This document shows, piece after piece, positions 1 through 12,800 of a DNA stretch of 64,000 bases. Position 1 is the stretch's first letter; every line of letters begins with the position of its first letter. The stretch comes from a virus, in the IMG/VR virus record IMGVR_UViG_3300030117_005808, positions 42,524 through 106,523 of that record, one strand, 5' to 3'. Below the pieces are notes generated by a model. The model made no database searches, was not told the origin of the DNA, and worked only from the letters and a program-made list of their open reading frames with translations. The position numbers and the translations under genes are program-made.

Positions 1-7
1 ATAAATA

Positions 8-457
8 ATGGCTCAAGGTTTAGCAGTAGCACTGCCGCTGGAATTAGACACGACTGACGGTCCGTATAAGTTACATAAGAACTTGACCGATATGGCCGCA
101 CAAAATTTAAAAATGGTTATTTTAACCTCCCCCGGCGAGAGAGTGATGATCCCAGAGTTTGGAGTTGGCATTAGAAACTTTCTTTTTGAGCCAAACAATA
201 ATGACACAAGAGAAAGAATTAGAAACAGAATTCAAGTTCAAGTTGAAAAATACTTACCATATATTGAGCTAGTAAGTCTTGAATTATACAAGCCACAAAG
301 CGCATTAGTGGGCGAGACAGAAGATAATGGTTTAGTCATAAGAATAAAATATTCAATACCAGCCGCAAATGTCGTCTCAGAGTTAACCATAGACGCAGGC
401 ACCGGCGCCTCCACTTCTACTGGAGGTAGCTCTGGCGGTTCTGGCGGCGGCTATTAA
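8..457 (+). CDS. Baseplate wedge subunit, T4 gp25 / P2 GpW-like
   Basis: NLKMVILTSPGERVMIPEFGVGIRNFLFEP is the typical gp25/GPW motif; lies directly upstream of a gp6-like gene. Confidence 0.88.
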   Translation: MAQGLAVALPLELDTTDGPYKLHKNLTDMAAQNLKMVILTSPGERVMIPEFGVGIRNFLFEPNNNDTRERIRNRIQVQVEKYLPYIELVSLELYKPQSALVGETEDNGLVIRIKYSIPAANVVSELTIDAGTGASTSTGGSSGGSGGGY

Positions 458-484
458 TCTATGTGTTTAAATGTTTGTTTGAAT

Positions 485-492
485 ACTATTTA
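485..492 (+). promoter_or_regulatory. Putative late promoter motif ACTATTTA
   Basis: Exact copy of the recurrent motif, 27 nt before ATG 512. Confidence 0.6.
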
Positions 493-511
493 AAGAGTGG
501 AGAAACACTAG

Positions 512-2308
512 ATGGCTAGAAGAAATGTACCCATAGATTATACCAGTAGAGATTTTGATTCCATTAGGGATGATCTCGTAAACTATGCAAAAAGATACTA
601 TCCTGATACTTTTAAAGATTTTAGCGAAGCCTCTTTTGGGTCTCTAATGCTGGATACAGTCGCCTACGTCGGTGACATTATGTCATTCTATCTTGATTAT
701 CAGGTCAACGAGTCATTCATTGACACGGCCGTCGATTTTAAAAATATCCTTCGATTAGCCAAACAAATGGGATATAAATATACCGGAGCCAAAACGACTT
801 CTGGTATGGTGTCTTTCTACGCCATTGTCCCAGCAACATCAATCGGGCTTGGTCCAAAAACAAGCCATATGCCAATCCTAAAAGCAAATACTGTAGTTAA
901 GTCAGATTCGGGCGCCTCGTTTATCTTGACAGATGATGTTCGTTTTGATGATCCATCTAACGAAACTGTAGCTGCACAAACAAATGCTACAACAGGAATT
1001 CCAATAAGCTACGCTGTTAAAGCCGAGGGCCAAGTAATATCAGGCATATTTAATCAAACCACTCAAACTATAGGTGCCTTTCAGAAGTTTCTCCCAGTCC
1101 GTATAGACAATGCTAATTTGATAGAGATTGTTAGTGTGTTCGATTCTGAGGGTCATGAATATTTCGAGGTTGAATATTTAACACAAGATGTAGTTTACAA
1201 GGCTGTCCCCAATAGGGATGAAAATACAAGACAAAATGCCCCATCCCTTATGAGGCCATTCGTTGCCGCTCGACGATTTACAGTCGAAAGAGACATTAAC
1301 GGAGTTACTCTTACATTTGGACATGGCTCTGACTCGGAGTCAGGATCCCAGACGATTGCGGATCCGGCAAATGTTGTTTTGCAGAGAGCAGCAAAAGATT
1401 ATACCACCGATGAATCTTTTGATCCGTCAAACTTAGTTGGAAACGATAAACTAGGCATAGGCCCTGCAAACACTACTCTAACAATCAGGTACAGGGAAAA
1501 CACTGCCTCAAGTGCAAACGCTGCGATCGGATCGATCACTTCGGTGACAAGTCCTATCTTTGAATTTAACGACCCATCTATAGCAAACACGTCAGCAGCA
1601 AGAGATGTTGTTGCAAGTATAGAGTGTTCAAACGAGGAGCCATTGGTCGGCTCAACTGCTATCCCATCACGGGAAGAAGTGAGACAAGAGGCCATGATGG
1701 CCTTCTCTAGTCAGAATAGAGCGGTAACCTCACAAGATTATGAGGCTCTTGTTTATATGATGCCCGGTAAGTTTGGTTCTGTTAAGCGTGCGAGAGTGGT
1801 TAGAGACCAAGACTCACTAAAAAGAAATCTGAACATTTACGTTATTTCTGAAAACTCTTTTGGTAAGATGGCAGCTACAAACAGCGCGATCAAAGAAAAC
1901 TTGAAAGTTCACTTAAATAGATATCGCATGATTAACGATACGGTAGATATTTTAGATGCAAAAGTGGTTAACATAGCTATTGACTTTGAGGTTGTTTCTA
2001 GTGAAGAGGTTAATAAATATGAGGTCCTTGATTCCTGCATACAAGCACTCAGGAGAAAATATTCTTCTCCAATGTTTATAGGAGAAAGATTTTATCTTAC
2101 AGATGTGTATACAGAACTCAATAAAGTGCGCGGTGTCGTGGATACTTCTAGAGTCAAGCTTGTTAACAAATCAGGTGGCAATTATTCATCCTCGGCTCTT
2201 AATATAGATCAATATATGTCCCTCGACGGTAGATACTTATCAGTCCCAGACAATGTAATACTTGAGATCAAGTTCCCAAGAATAGATATTAAAGGAACTG
2301 TGAGATAA
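512..2308 (+). CDS. Baseplate wedge subunit, T4 gp6 / P2 GpJ-like
   Basis: N-terminal DYTSRDFDSIRDDL...DFSEASFGSLMLDTVAYVGD and QNRAVTSQDYE motifs typical of gp6. Confidence 0.88.
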   Translation: MARRNVPIDYTSRDFDSIRDDLVNYAKRYYPDTFKDFSEASFGSLMLDTVAYVGDIMSFYLDYQVNESFIDTAVDFKNILRLAKQMGYKYTGAKTTSGMVSFYAIVPATSIGLGPKTSHMPILKANTVVKSDSGASFILTDDVRFDDPSNETVAAQTNATTGIPISYAVKAEGQVISGIFNQTTQTIGAFQKFLPVRIDNANLIEIVSVFDSEGHEYFEVEYLTQDVVYKAVPNRDENTRQNAPSLMRPFVAARRFTVERDINGVTLTFGHGSDSESGSQTIADPANVVLQRAAKDYTTDESFDPSNLVGNDKLGIGPANTTLTIRYRENTASSANAAIGSITSVTSPIFEFNDPSIANTSAARDVVASIECSNEEPLVGSTAIPSREEVRQEAMMAFSSQNRAVTSQDYEALVYMMPGKFGSVKRARVVRDQDSLKRNLNIYVISENSFGKMAATNSAIKENLKVHLNRYRMINDTVDILDAKVVNIAIDFEVVSSEEVNKYEVLDSCIQALRRKYSSPMFIGERFYLTDVYTELNKVRGVVDTSRVKLVNKSGGNYSSSALNIDQYMSLDGRYLSVPDNVILEIKFPRIDIKGTVR

Positions 2309-3822
2309 TGGCTATTAAAAGATACTATGCAAAAATAGACAATACTATAACTAACGCTTTCAAAGAAAATTTAGTTACTCGCGGCACAGGGTCTAATATG
2401 GGGGCCTCAGATATTCTTGAGGTGTTTTCTATTTATGGTCAAGCTAGTTCGGCATCAGCCGAAGAGGCTAGAGTGCTTATTAAATTTAATTGTACAGCAT
2501 CAACAGATTCTATTAAAGCAGACAGAGATGCCGGCGTTCTACCAGCTAGCGGAAGTGTGAATTTTTATTTAAGACTTTACAATGCGCCTCATAGTCAAAC
2601 TCTTCCAAAATCTTATACAATGGATGTCTCTGCAATTTCCGGCGGATGGACAGAGGGCACCGGTCTTGATATGGAGGGCTATAAAGATATAGGAATATCT
2701 AATTGGGTGAATAGGATAGCTTCTCGATCTGCTGGCGACCACGCGTGGAGCACCACCGGTGGAGACTACTATTCAGACGCGTCGTCATCTTTTACTGCTT
2801 CTTTTGATGGTGGAGTCGAGGACATACAACTAGATATCACATCACTTGTCGAACAATGGATCGCGGCCGATAAAGAGGACGACGGCATAGGCATATTCCT
2901 GTCCAGCGAATACTCCAGCGCCGCTCGCTCTTATTACACAAAGAAGTTTTTTGCGCGTGGCACAGAATTTTTCTATAAGCAACCAAATATTGAGGCACGA
3001 TGGGATTCTTCTATAGAGGACGACCGAGGTAACTTTTATTATAGTAGTTCCCTAGCCACCGCCGGCGAAAACTTAAATACCATTTATTTCTACAATTATT
3101 TTAGGGGCCGACTTCGTAATATTCCCGATATCGGAACAGGAAACATAGGTGTAAGTGTCTTTTCTGCAAGTGCTGGAACCCCCAACGGTTCGGCTATTCG
3201 TTTGGTTGCAGATGGCGCACATGTTCTATCAACCGGCCTGTTTGCTGTGACAGGCGGGCATGTATCAACAGGTATTTACTCTGCGTCTTTTGCCATGACT
3301 GCGGCCACCACCCCTTTGCCCGTTGTTAATGATGTATGGTTTAAATTAGACAACGCAGTCGCCGATGCATCAACGGGTGTTCAATATGGCACTGGAACAA
3401 TCGAGCCTAGAACCATTACAAACATGTACAACGCCCCCACAAATGATTATGTGGTTACGATAACAAACTTGCGAGAAAAGTATCGCCCTGATGAGACAGC
3501 ACGTTTTAGAGTCTACAGTCGCCAAAAAGATTGGACACCAACTATTTATACTAAGGCGGTAAGCACGCCAGAGGTTCAAATTGTTGAAAGCGGCTCTTTC
3601 GAAGTCTTCAGGGTTATAGATGATCTAAAAGTTATACCACACGGAACGGGAAGCACACCATATTATACTTTCCTTTCATACGACACATCCGGATCATATT
3701 TTGATTTAGATATGGCACTCTTTGAGCCCGGATATGTCCACGGTATAAAACTAGCATTCTATAACGAAGATATAGGGAGTTGGGTTGAGCAATCAGAAAC
3801 CTTTAAATTTAGAGTTGAGTAA
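2308..3822 (+). CDS. Putative virion structural protein (beta-rich, DNRLRE-like region)
   Basis: TAATG-coupled to gp6; Ser/Thr/Gly-rich; LYNAPH..WTEGTG..DITSLVEQW pattern. Confidence 0.55.
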   Translation: MAIKRYYAKIDNTITNAFKENLVTRGTGSNMGASDILEVFSIYGQASSASAEEARVLIKFNCTASTDSIKADRDAGVLPASGSVNFYLRLYNAPHSQTLPKSYTMDVSAISGGWTEGTGLDMEGYKDIGISNWVNRIASRSAGDHAWSTTGGDYYSDASSSFTASFDGGVEDIQLDITSLVEQWIAADKEDDGIGIFLSSEYSSAARSYYTKKFFARGTEFFYKQPNIEARWDSSIEDDRGNFYYSSSLATAGENLNTIYFYNYFRGRLRNIPDIGTGNIGVSVFSASAGTPNGSAIRLVADGAHVLSTGLFAVTGGHVSTGIYSASFAMTAATTPLPVVNDVWFKLDNAVADASTGVQYGTGTIEPRTITNMYNAPTNDYVVTITNLREKYRPDETARFRVYSRQKDWTPTIYTKAVSTPEVQIVESGSFEVFRVIDDLKVIPHGTGSTPYYTFLSYDTSGSYFDLDMALFEPGYVHGIKLAFYNEDIGSWVEQSETFKFRVE

Positions 3823-3838
3823 CTAAGGTAGTTAAAGT

Positions 3839-6800
3839 ATGAGTATCAAAAAACTATTTGATTCAAATAAAACAAACGACATACTCGTCTCAACTAATCT
3901 AGAAGAAGAGGTAGTCAAAAACGTCCCCGAGCTTGAATCTGCGGATAACGTCAGAGAGCAGATCGAGAGGATCAATCGTTTTATACCACAGGTGGATTAT
4001 AGTGATCCAGCCAACTTTGCTGTTTATGGATCAGCCGAGCGATATTATAGGGATTCATTCCACAGAATCGCTACTCAATACCCGTATGATGGTTCCGAAG
4101 AAGAGATAACTCGCTACGACAACGAGTCCAACTATCTTGACCTTCATATCCTTGAGAATGAGTATCCTAGGACGCTTGGGCACGTTCGGTTTCCTTCAAA
4201 CAATCTTGGCCCAAACGCTACCGCTAACCAGTTTGGTCAGAACACCCACGCAGCAAACATTACATTTTTTGGTGGACCAAATGCTATAGCAGGTGGGATG
4301 ACAACTGGCTCATTCCACCTACAGTTCACTGGTTCCAACTATTACGATACAGATATTTATCAAACTGATGGTACGCTTGCATTAGACAGAGTTGGGTCAA
4401 GAGAAAGTAACTTAACTTATAACCTTCCTAGCAAAGGACTCACAGTTGAGTTTTGGCAAGGAACCGAAGGAAACCTGATAGGTGGGACCGGCGCGTTTGG
4501 CCGACAAGCCAGACACGCTTTGTTTGATTTGTGGAACGGAGAAGCCTCAAGTTCGGCTCAATATGGTCGCCTAACTGTATACGCTTCAGGTTCTACAACA
4601 GCCTTTAAAGGCATTTATCTAAACGCATATTCAGGCACTGTTGGAATCCAAGAACTTAAGTTATTGGATCCTGCTGTAGCTGCTCAAATCCCACCACAAT
4701 ATGTTGATACTTCATCTCCCACGCCGGGTCACTTGGCTTTTGCTTTTAGTTCTGGGTCAACTCTGGGCTTAACTGTTAAGACATATATTAATGGTGTTCT
4801 AACCACAACAACAGGCTCTTCAATCGCCCTAAATGAAGTCACTGGCGCCCTCCGAGGCCGTATTGGTGCTCTCCTAACGAATCCATCAGGCACTTCTATA
4901 GGCACAGATATGGATGGTTATGGTACCAGTATTCGCAGTGCCTACGACGAGTTTAGGTACTGGAAAGCCGAGAGAACAGAAAAAGAAATACAACAAAACT
5001 ATTGGACACAAGTTCGTGGCGGCACAAATAACGAAATAGCAAACGCAGAACTTGGTGTATATTACAAGTTTAACGAGGGCATTACAGGGGACGCAACAAC
5101 TGATGCGACTGTTTTAGACTATTCTGGCCGTATTACAAACGGAACCATCACAAACTACGGCACTGATGCTACCAGTACGCTAGTAAGAAATGCCCATCCA
5201 GCCCCCGCACGCAGTTCGCTTATTGTTGCTGCTGGAGCAGCTACATCAGAGTTCAAAGACCCAATCATTTATGCAAGCCACCCGGATGTTGTCTCTGCAC
5301 TTGACAGATTGGTCGCATCTGGTAGCGTCCACGACTTTGAAAACCAAGCAAGCATAAAAGATTCTATCCCAAGCTGGATTATAGAAGAAGACGAAACATC
5401 AGGCGGTGAAGAGTTAGGCAAGCTTACACAGATCCTCGGTTCCTATATGGATACTCTCAACCTGCAAATCCAGTCCCTGCCTACATTAGCAGACAATACA
5501 TACTTAAGCGGCAGCGATAAGCCTACACCATTTATGAAAAATCTGTTAAGCTCCCGAGGCCTAGCAGTCCCAGAAATCTTTGTGGATGCTGACCTTCTCC
5601 AGCGATTCGCCAACAGAAGCGACACCGAAAGCTACACTCTTGATATTAACGATACCAAGAATCTTATTTACAAGAATATCTACAACAACCTTACTTACCT
5701 TTACAAGTCAAAGGGCACAGAAAAAGCATTTAGAAACCTTATCCGTTGTTACGGTATTGGCGAAGATGTCATTAGATTCAACGCATACGCAAGCAATCAA
5801 ACCTTTGACATCCAAGAAACAAGACAAGACAGAGTTATTAGAAAGAACTATGTTGACTTTAACCACCCTGATAGGTTTGATGGCGTTGTTTACCAGAGAG
5901 GCAACAGCATTGTGCCAGAGGCAGATGGCATTTCTTTCTTCTCGGCATCCTCACCAGACGCCGCCTTTGCTCAAACCGCAGAACTAGAAGTTATATTCCC
6001 AAGAAAGTTTGAGTTCGCTAACTCACAATATTTTGATACACCTTTTGTTACAGCATCTCTCTACGGTAAAGCATCAGCATCAGCAGACCCAGCATCCTTT
6101 GACGCATCATTCAGTAATAACCCAGCCAACGCGCCTTGGCTTGTTGCTTATGCTGTTCGGACCCATCAGAATTCAAAGGACGCTTATTTTGTTCTTGATT
6201 CTAACTTATTTACAAATCCGCTCACAAGTGATATTTACTCAAACATTTATGATAATCAGAAATGGAATCTGGCGATAAGAGTTAACTCTAAAGCTTGGCC
6301 ATACGCAGCATCCTCCAGTGTTAACGGTGCGTTAGATGATCAAGACATAAGTTTTATTGGATATAATGTAGAGAACGGAGTCGTAAAAAATAGTTTTGTC
6401 TTAACAACTTCATCAGTGTCTTCCAACTTGGGGCCAAGTTTACCTTACCGCTACTTTGTTGGATCACAAATAACAAACTATACCGGTGCAGTAGACCATC
6501 GAACTGATGTTTTGGCATCCTCACTGCGAGTGTATACAACCTACCTAGATGACGATGTTATCAAATCACACGCCCTTGATCCCGAAAACTACGGAACAAG
6601 AAACCCAAGCAGAAACTTTTTATTTTACAACGACTCTGGTCCCCAACTCGCGAGCGTTGTTGGAGGCATTAAAAACTCTATCCCAGAGTCTGTTTCTCTT
6701 GCTCTTAATTGGGATTATTCGCAGGTCACCACAACAGACCCCAACGGCCGCTTCATCGTCCAAGATGCATCATCTGGTTCAACAGGACTAACCAGCAGAT

Positions 6801-9800
6801 ACCCGCAAGAGAATGTTCTTACAAATGTTAATAAACAGTTCGCAGGCCGAGGTCAGTTTGGGGCTAGCGCATACAGTTCAACGGATGTCATCTCCAAGCA
6901 ATTTGTTCAATCAGCACAACAAAGACTACCCGAAGTTGTTAATACCAACGACGACGTAAACGTTCTATCCAGAGATGATGAACTTTATCCAAGAGATGCG
7001 TCTATTTCGCAGACCTACTACACCTTTGAAAAGAGCATGTACGGTATTGTTTCACAAGAAATGATCAATATGTTCTCGTCTATTGTTGAGTTCAACAACC
7101 TTATCGGTGAAGTTGTCCATAAGTATCGTGGCGAGTACAAGAGTTTAAGGCTTTTAAGAGAACTTTTCTTCGAGAAGATTCAAAACAACCCTGACCTCGA
7201 CAAGTTTATTGATTACTATAAGTGGATTGATTCCTCACTCAATATTTTCCTACAGCAGTTTGTTCCTGCTTCTGCTGATGTTTCCGATGAGATTCGCACT
7301 GTGGTTGAAGATTATGTTCTTAACCGCTCCAAATACCAGCACAAGTACCCACAACTAGATTATAAGGGCAACGCTCGCTTTGGTGGCGACGAGGCCAAGT
7401 TAGAAGGCAGAGTCAAGGGCATTAGAGAACTAGAGTACAACTGGCAGTTTGGCCACGCGCCAACAACTAACTCTCAGACTGAACATTCTACTTGGTGGAA
7501 AGAACGAGCAGAAAGAAACAACACAGCATTTAATACCGCTGCGCTTATTGATACAGCAAGAGAAGACATCCTCAACATCATCCAGCTATTCAACTCTGCA
7601 AGCGCCCCATCGCTTAATGACGGCACCGGAGCCTCTGGGGTATACGAAGGGTCCACTTACGCCACAAGACGCTTCACAAGGCAATATAAGCTTGATGCAG
7701 CCATCGTCCCTGACATCGGCGGTGGCTACAACTACCCAAGGGGCCATAAGCCGGATGCTATTTATTCTATAGTTTACGACCGGCCGGTCGACGTGTCAGG
7801 CCTGACAAACGAGGAAGCAATACAGTTTGAAAAACAAGCGACGTTCACGCTTCCAAGCGAGGAACTAAGGCCTGTCACAAAACAAGAAAAAAGAAGAGTC
7901 TCTGCCATTAATCCAAATGGCGTGTATTCCTCCAATTTGGGACCCCAAACGCCCGGAGGTGGATCAAAACTTGTTGCGCCTTTCATAGCGTTTAGCTCCT
8001 CTGTTTCTCCTGCTGGCGGTTACGGTACACAATGGCAAGAATACAATCGTAGACCAGACGTTAGTAAAGAAGAGTTGGCTGGGTACCATAATGATTCTTA
8101 TGGTGACGACTATGAAGTTCCAATGCAAGGGCCGTTTACTAATCAACACGTTGGAGGCAATAGGCACAGGCATACAGATTTAAATCAAGGTTCTGACAAT
8201 CTAAAAACTCGGGCCGAGGCTTGGCTCGTTGCCGGCGCCGGTAACGATGGCATCTTCGCGCCGGCCAAGACCGCCTTCGCCAACCCGCCTGCTCCATTGA
8301 ACCCAACCGTACCCGGATCTAGCCCCAACTACCGCAGAGACCAAACAGCCAAGCGCCCTGTTAACATCAAAAACATCAAACACAGAACAGGCTCACTCGG
8401 AACCATCGCGATGGGCAACTATTCTGCAAGTTATGAAATCGTTCAAACAACCGGCAGAACTCAAAACAACTCTGCGTTTGTAAAGTCAGAAGGTATAAGA
8501 GACAACTTTACCATCTCTGTTGCAGGCGCTGATGAGGTTGGTTATATCGATCACGTCACAGACTACGCCAAGCCTACCCGCCGTAGAGCAGCCCATGTTA
8601 TAGTTAACCGCTTCTCCGCACCCGGCGGTCCTGAAACAGCAGGTGATAGTCAGGGTGGACCGGGCCTCGACTTTGAAGCAGCAGAGTTTAGCCCTTACAA
8701 CAACTTAAACTATAGAAACACTACAGTCCGAGATCCATTAAGAACGCTTTTGACCGACCACACAGCGTTTGGCGGTATTGAGTCTGGGTCTGCTGTCTCC
8801 GCGCTGAACTATACGGACGTTACGGCTAGTTATCACAAGGTTAATCGAAACCCGCTGCATCGTTTGGAAGGATATGATAACGGACAAGAAACGGCAGTTA
8901 CCGGAACAGTGTTCGATAATTATTTTGTGCAGCATATGATTCCAAGATCTGATTTTCAATATTCTTGGATAACAGCATCAACAGATAGATTTAATGCCGC
9001 CCTCGGCGCAGCAAATAATATATATGGATATTTTCCTTACGATGGACTTGCAAGAGTTTCAAGTTCTGCTAATGGCTTTAGGTACGAAGCAGCAGTTAAT
9101 TTTGCTAGCGCAAGCGAAGTAGGCTCTGGCAATCCATTAGGAGTCCAGCAAGCGACAAGGCAGATCAGATTGATAACAAGTGCGCTGATGCAAGATGCAT
9201 CATTCGTCCCAACTGACTTTGCTGGCATAAACTCAAATGTTATAGAGCCTATTAGCGCATCTGAATTTACTATTGGTTATCCTCTGGATGCGGATCCTAT
9301 GAATTATTATAACTACGGACCCTTTGGACAGGTTCCAGCCTTTGGTTCAGCTCATCGTGGTGGGTTTATAACTAGAATAAACTCTAATGTCGCCGCAAAC
9401 TTTAATGCATATTTTACTATGTTGATGGCTCATAGGGGAGGTAATGTTGGGCACCCAACTTGGAAACAGATCAGAGTCGGAGAGACTCAACTTGCACGAC
9501 ACTATCGTAAAAATAACTTATATACTAATACTTATGAGCCTGTCATAGCATCAAGCGTGGCCGATTTGTCTGGGACAAGACAAAAAATTTCTTCAACGAC
9601 CGAAAGTGTTATACTAACTCAATCTGTTGTTACCGACCGATACTTCCCAGTCGTGTTTGAGGTTGAAGCAAGAGATGATGAGCAAAATAGTAAAGTCCTT
9701 AAATCATCAAATTTTGTTATTCGAACTTCTTTTGTGAATGATACTATTACTTTTGACGACGCCACTATAGTCAACAGGCTGCTAGACGAGAACGTTATAA

Positions 9801-12800
9801 GTAATGCGGCAAGAAAATCCTCATATAAACAAATCATTGATGATTTTAGCATTTATGATAGTTTCTTAGACGAACAGAAGCCTATACTTCAAATTAATAG
9901 TTTAAAATATAGAGAAACTGTGTTCCCTCCACAACTACATGCTTATACTAGTAAAATACGCGGAAGAACAAACTATGAAAATGATTTCTGGCGTGACAGC
10001 CGAACAGATAGGACTGCTAAGGGAGCCTTGAAAAAAGCCAAAAACAGTCAAGGTACCGCCGTTCTTCAAAGCGCGTGGTCACTTGATGGCCTAGAATCTA
10101 ATACAAATTCTAATATTGCAACTGGCCTGATTGGATATCCAACAGGTGGCATCAACGCCAATAACGCAACTGGGTACAAACCCGGTGAACTTCAGAACTT
10201 ATATACACATTTTGTAAGAGCACCTGACGGCCGAGATGTTAATTCCGAATTAAGGAATCAGTTGAGAACAGGCGCCTTATACTCTAGAAAGCATCTCATG
10301 CCTTTTACTTCATCAGTTGTTGGTATGTCAGGGATGAGGAAACAAATCGGTATTGAACCATTTGTATACGGCGGCACAAGTTATTTGCTGTTAACATCAT
10401 CTATTGGGGCTGGTGAAGCTTTTTGGGACGCAGGAAACTTAGCAGGTAAATACGAGGGTACGTCTAGCATCTTTGTTACAACCCCAGCGAAACCATTTTA
10501 TGATGATTACGATCAATATTTTGCAGATATAAAAAATAAAAATCGAGGTAAAGCGATTTTGCCAGAGTTTAGAATAACAGAACATTTAGATTTTTATGAA
10601 AATGAGGGCAACAATTTTCTTGTTGAAAATGAAAAACTTTTTTCTTTCGCCGGAACCCCCTCGGGCTCTTCTTTGCCGCAAAATAGTTCAGAGGCAGACT
10701 TTTTCTCGATTTACACAAACTCAGATTTTATGAAATATTTTGAAGTAGTGAGAGAGGATGGAGCCAAAGAGGGTGGCATTTTGGAGCCCACAGCAGTTAA
10801 ATTGCGATGTAGGGGGATCAAAAAGTTTATTCCGTATGATGGCTTTTACCCTGCCGAAAGAACCATCCAATTGGCGAACGCATTTTCAGCGTCAATAGCA
10901 CCTACAACAGGCTTGACGGGCGATGACGCAGCAAAGCAAGTTGCTTTCCGTAGCATGCTCAAGCCTTTTTTCGCCCCCGGAATTGTATACAATACTATCA
11001 AGTCGGGTGTTGCTGTTGACTATCCAATAATGACTGGCTCTTTTAATAGAGCAAACTTAATCAACTCTGCTGCTAATGCGGGTATTAGATTTTGCACTAC
11101 AGCCTCTGCTGGAATATTTTCTAACTCAAGGGCTGTTTCGGTGACACCCTCTGGTGATGGTAGCGGCTTTGGAACGGTCTCACACAATGATGGTTGGGAT
11201 TATCGTGTGCCGTTTGAGGCTGTGGTTGATCCAGCAAAATATGTATACGCCAAAAACATTGTCGATGACGAGCCCAGTGCTTATGCTAATATTCACTCAA
11301 CAGCTTCGTGGGCCACCTCTCTGGCCACCAATAAATATAAATATATGATGCACAATTTCCTAGCTTCGTCTTTAGATTTCTTTATTAAAGACGGCAAACC
11401 AACAGAAATTATATCAGCACCAGAAAGTGAATTTAAGTCTGTCACACCCGGCCAGCCTTACGGCCTACGCATTAAAATGTTTAAGAGTTATGAAACGGGC
11501 TCACAAAATCCGACCTCTGGTGACTGGGGCGACTTTTCTGTGCCTCAGTTTGTTAGTGGCTCACTATCAAACTTTACAATGTATAGTCGCCCCTCGGCCT
11601 TCGGTCCTCCCGTCTTGGCCGGCTCCGGATCTAGTACACTGGCACAACAAAAATACGTTGTCACAGGATCAAGAGAGATGACCCCGGCTCGCGGCCGCTA
11701 CCTGTCCCATACACCACCGTATTATGATGGTGAATCTTGGATTGATTTAATTTATTATCCGTACAAGTCTTTCGATACAGGATCCGGCGGTTTGCTTATA
11801 GAAAACAATCAAACCAAAGTAGTGCGAATTGATGAACTACACAACCTTGCACTATCTGAATTTAACACTGGGTCAGCAATCTTACAAATAGAGGATTACG
11901 AAGGCACTAGATTTGGAGGAGAGGGAACTTATGTTGTTCGCTGGCGTTTTGACCAAGAGGCCCTTCGAGTCGATCGGCCAGACCTTTCATCTTATCACGA
12001 CATTGGCAAAGACATCGGCCCTATGGGAGGCCCATGGGCAAACCGGTGGGCAATGCAACTAGATGCATCTCTCAATATCTTTACTAAGCTTCGTGGTGCC
12101 GGCAGTCTTGCGTCTGAGGCAGTCTCTGCTGATTTGGCAGGCCTCGGTGCGACCGGAGCGACCGAACCTCAAGATGATCGTTGGAGAATCCAAACTAAGT
12201 TTGAAACACCAATGTTAAATTTCCAACATGTAAAAACCGCCGATATAACAGTTAATGGCACTCTTGGTAGCTTAACACAATATCAAAAGGCAGTGAATAG
12301 TGTTATACCAAGAGGTATGTGGCACCAATTTGGTAGAATTCCAAAACCTGACGAAGGAGTATACTTGCAGGTAACAGATATTCCAGACGATTTTATAAAC
12401 AATCACCCATCATCAAGTATCGTGTTTGACCCAGCCGGTCATTTTGACTCAAGAAATAGTGCCTCAGAAGCAATAAAAGCTTTGGCTGATGTTAATGCAG
12501 GCGCAAATATACGCGATATAATTGCAAAAGATTTGAACGGATACAGGATACCTCAGAATTTACAAATACCCGCCTCTGCATTCTCTGTAGCCACCGACCG
12601 CCCACCAGCACCAACTACACCTCCCCCTTTATCACTTGTTGACATATGTGGCTTCCCCACAGATCCAGTAAAAATTGGAGAGTTGCCAGAAGCTAAAACT
12701 GTTTATGAGGCTGTTGTTGCGGTGCCCTTTGTTGAGAAAGAAGGTGAAAGAGAGTTCTTTAAAATTATGTCTCCAAAACAAGGAGATATATTTGACGATT

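Noticed and set aside
1-7. ATAAATA at the window start as a T4-type late promoter
   Set aside because: Directly abuts the ATG, upstream context is missing, and it probably contains the previous gene's stop codon
3541-3548. Exact ACTATTTA inside ORF 2308..3822
   Set aside because: About 300 nt from the next start and explicable as Thr-Ile-Tyr codons; cannot be supported as a promoter
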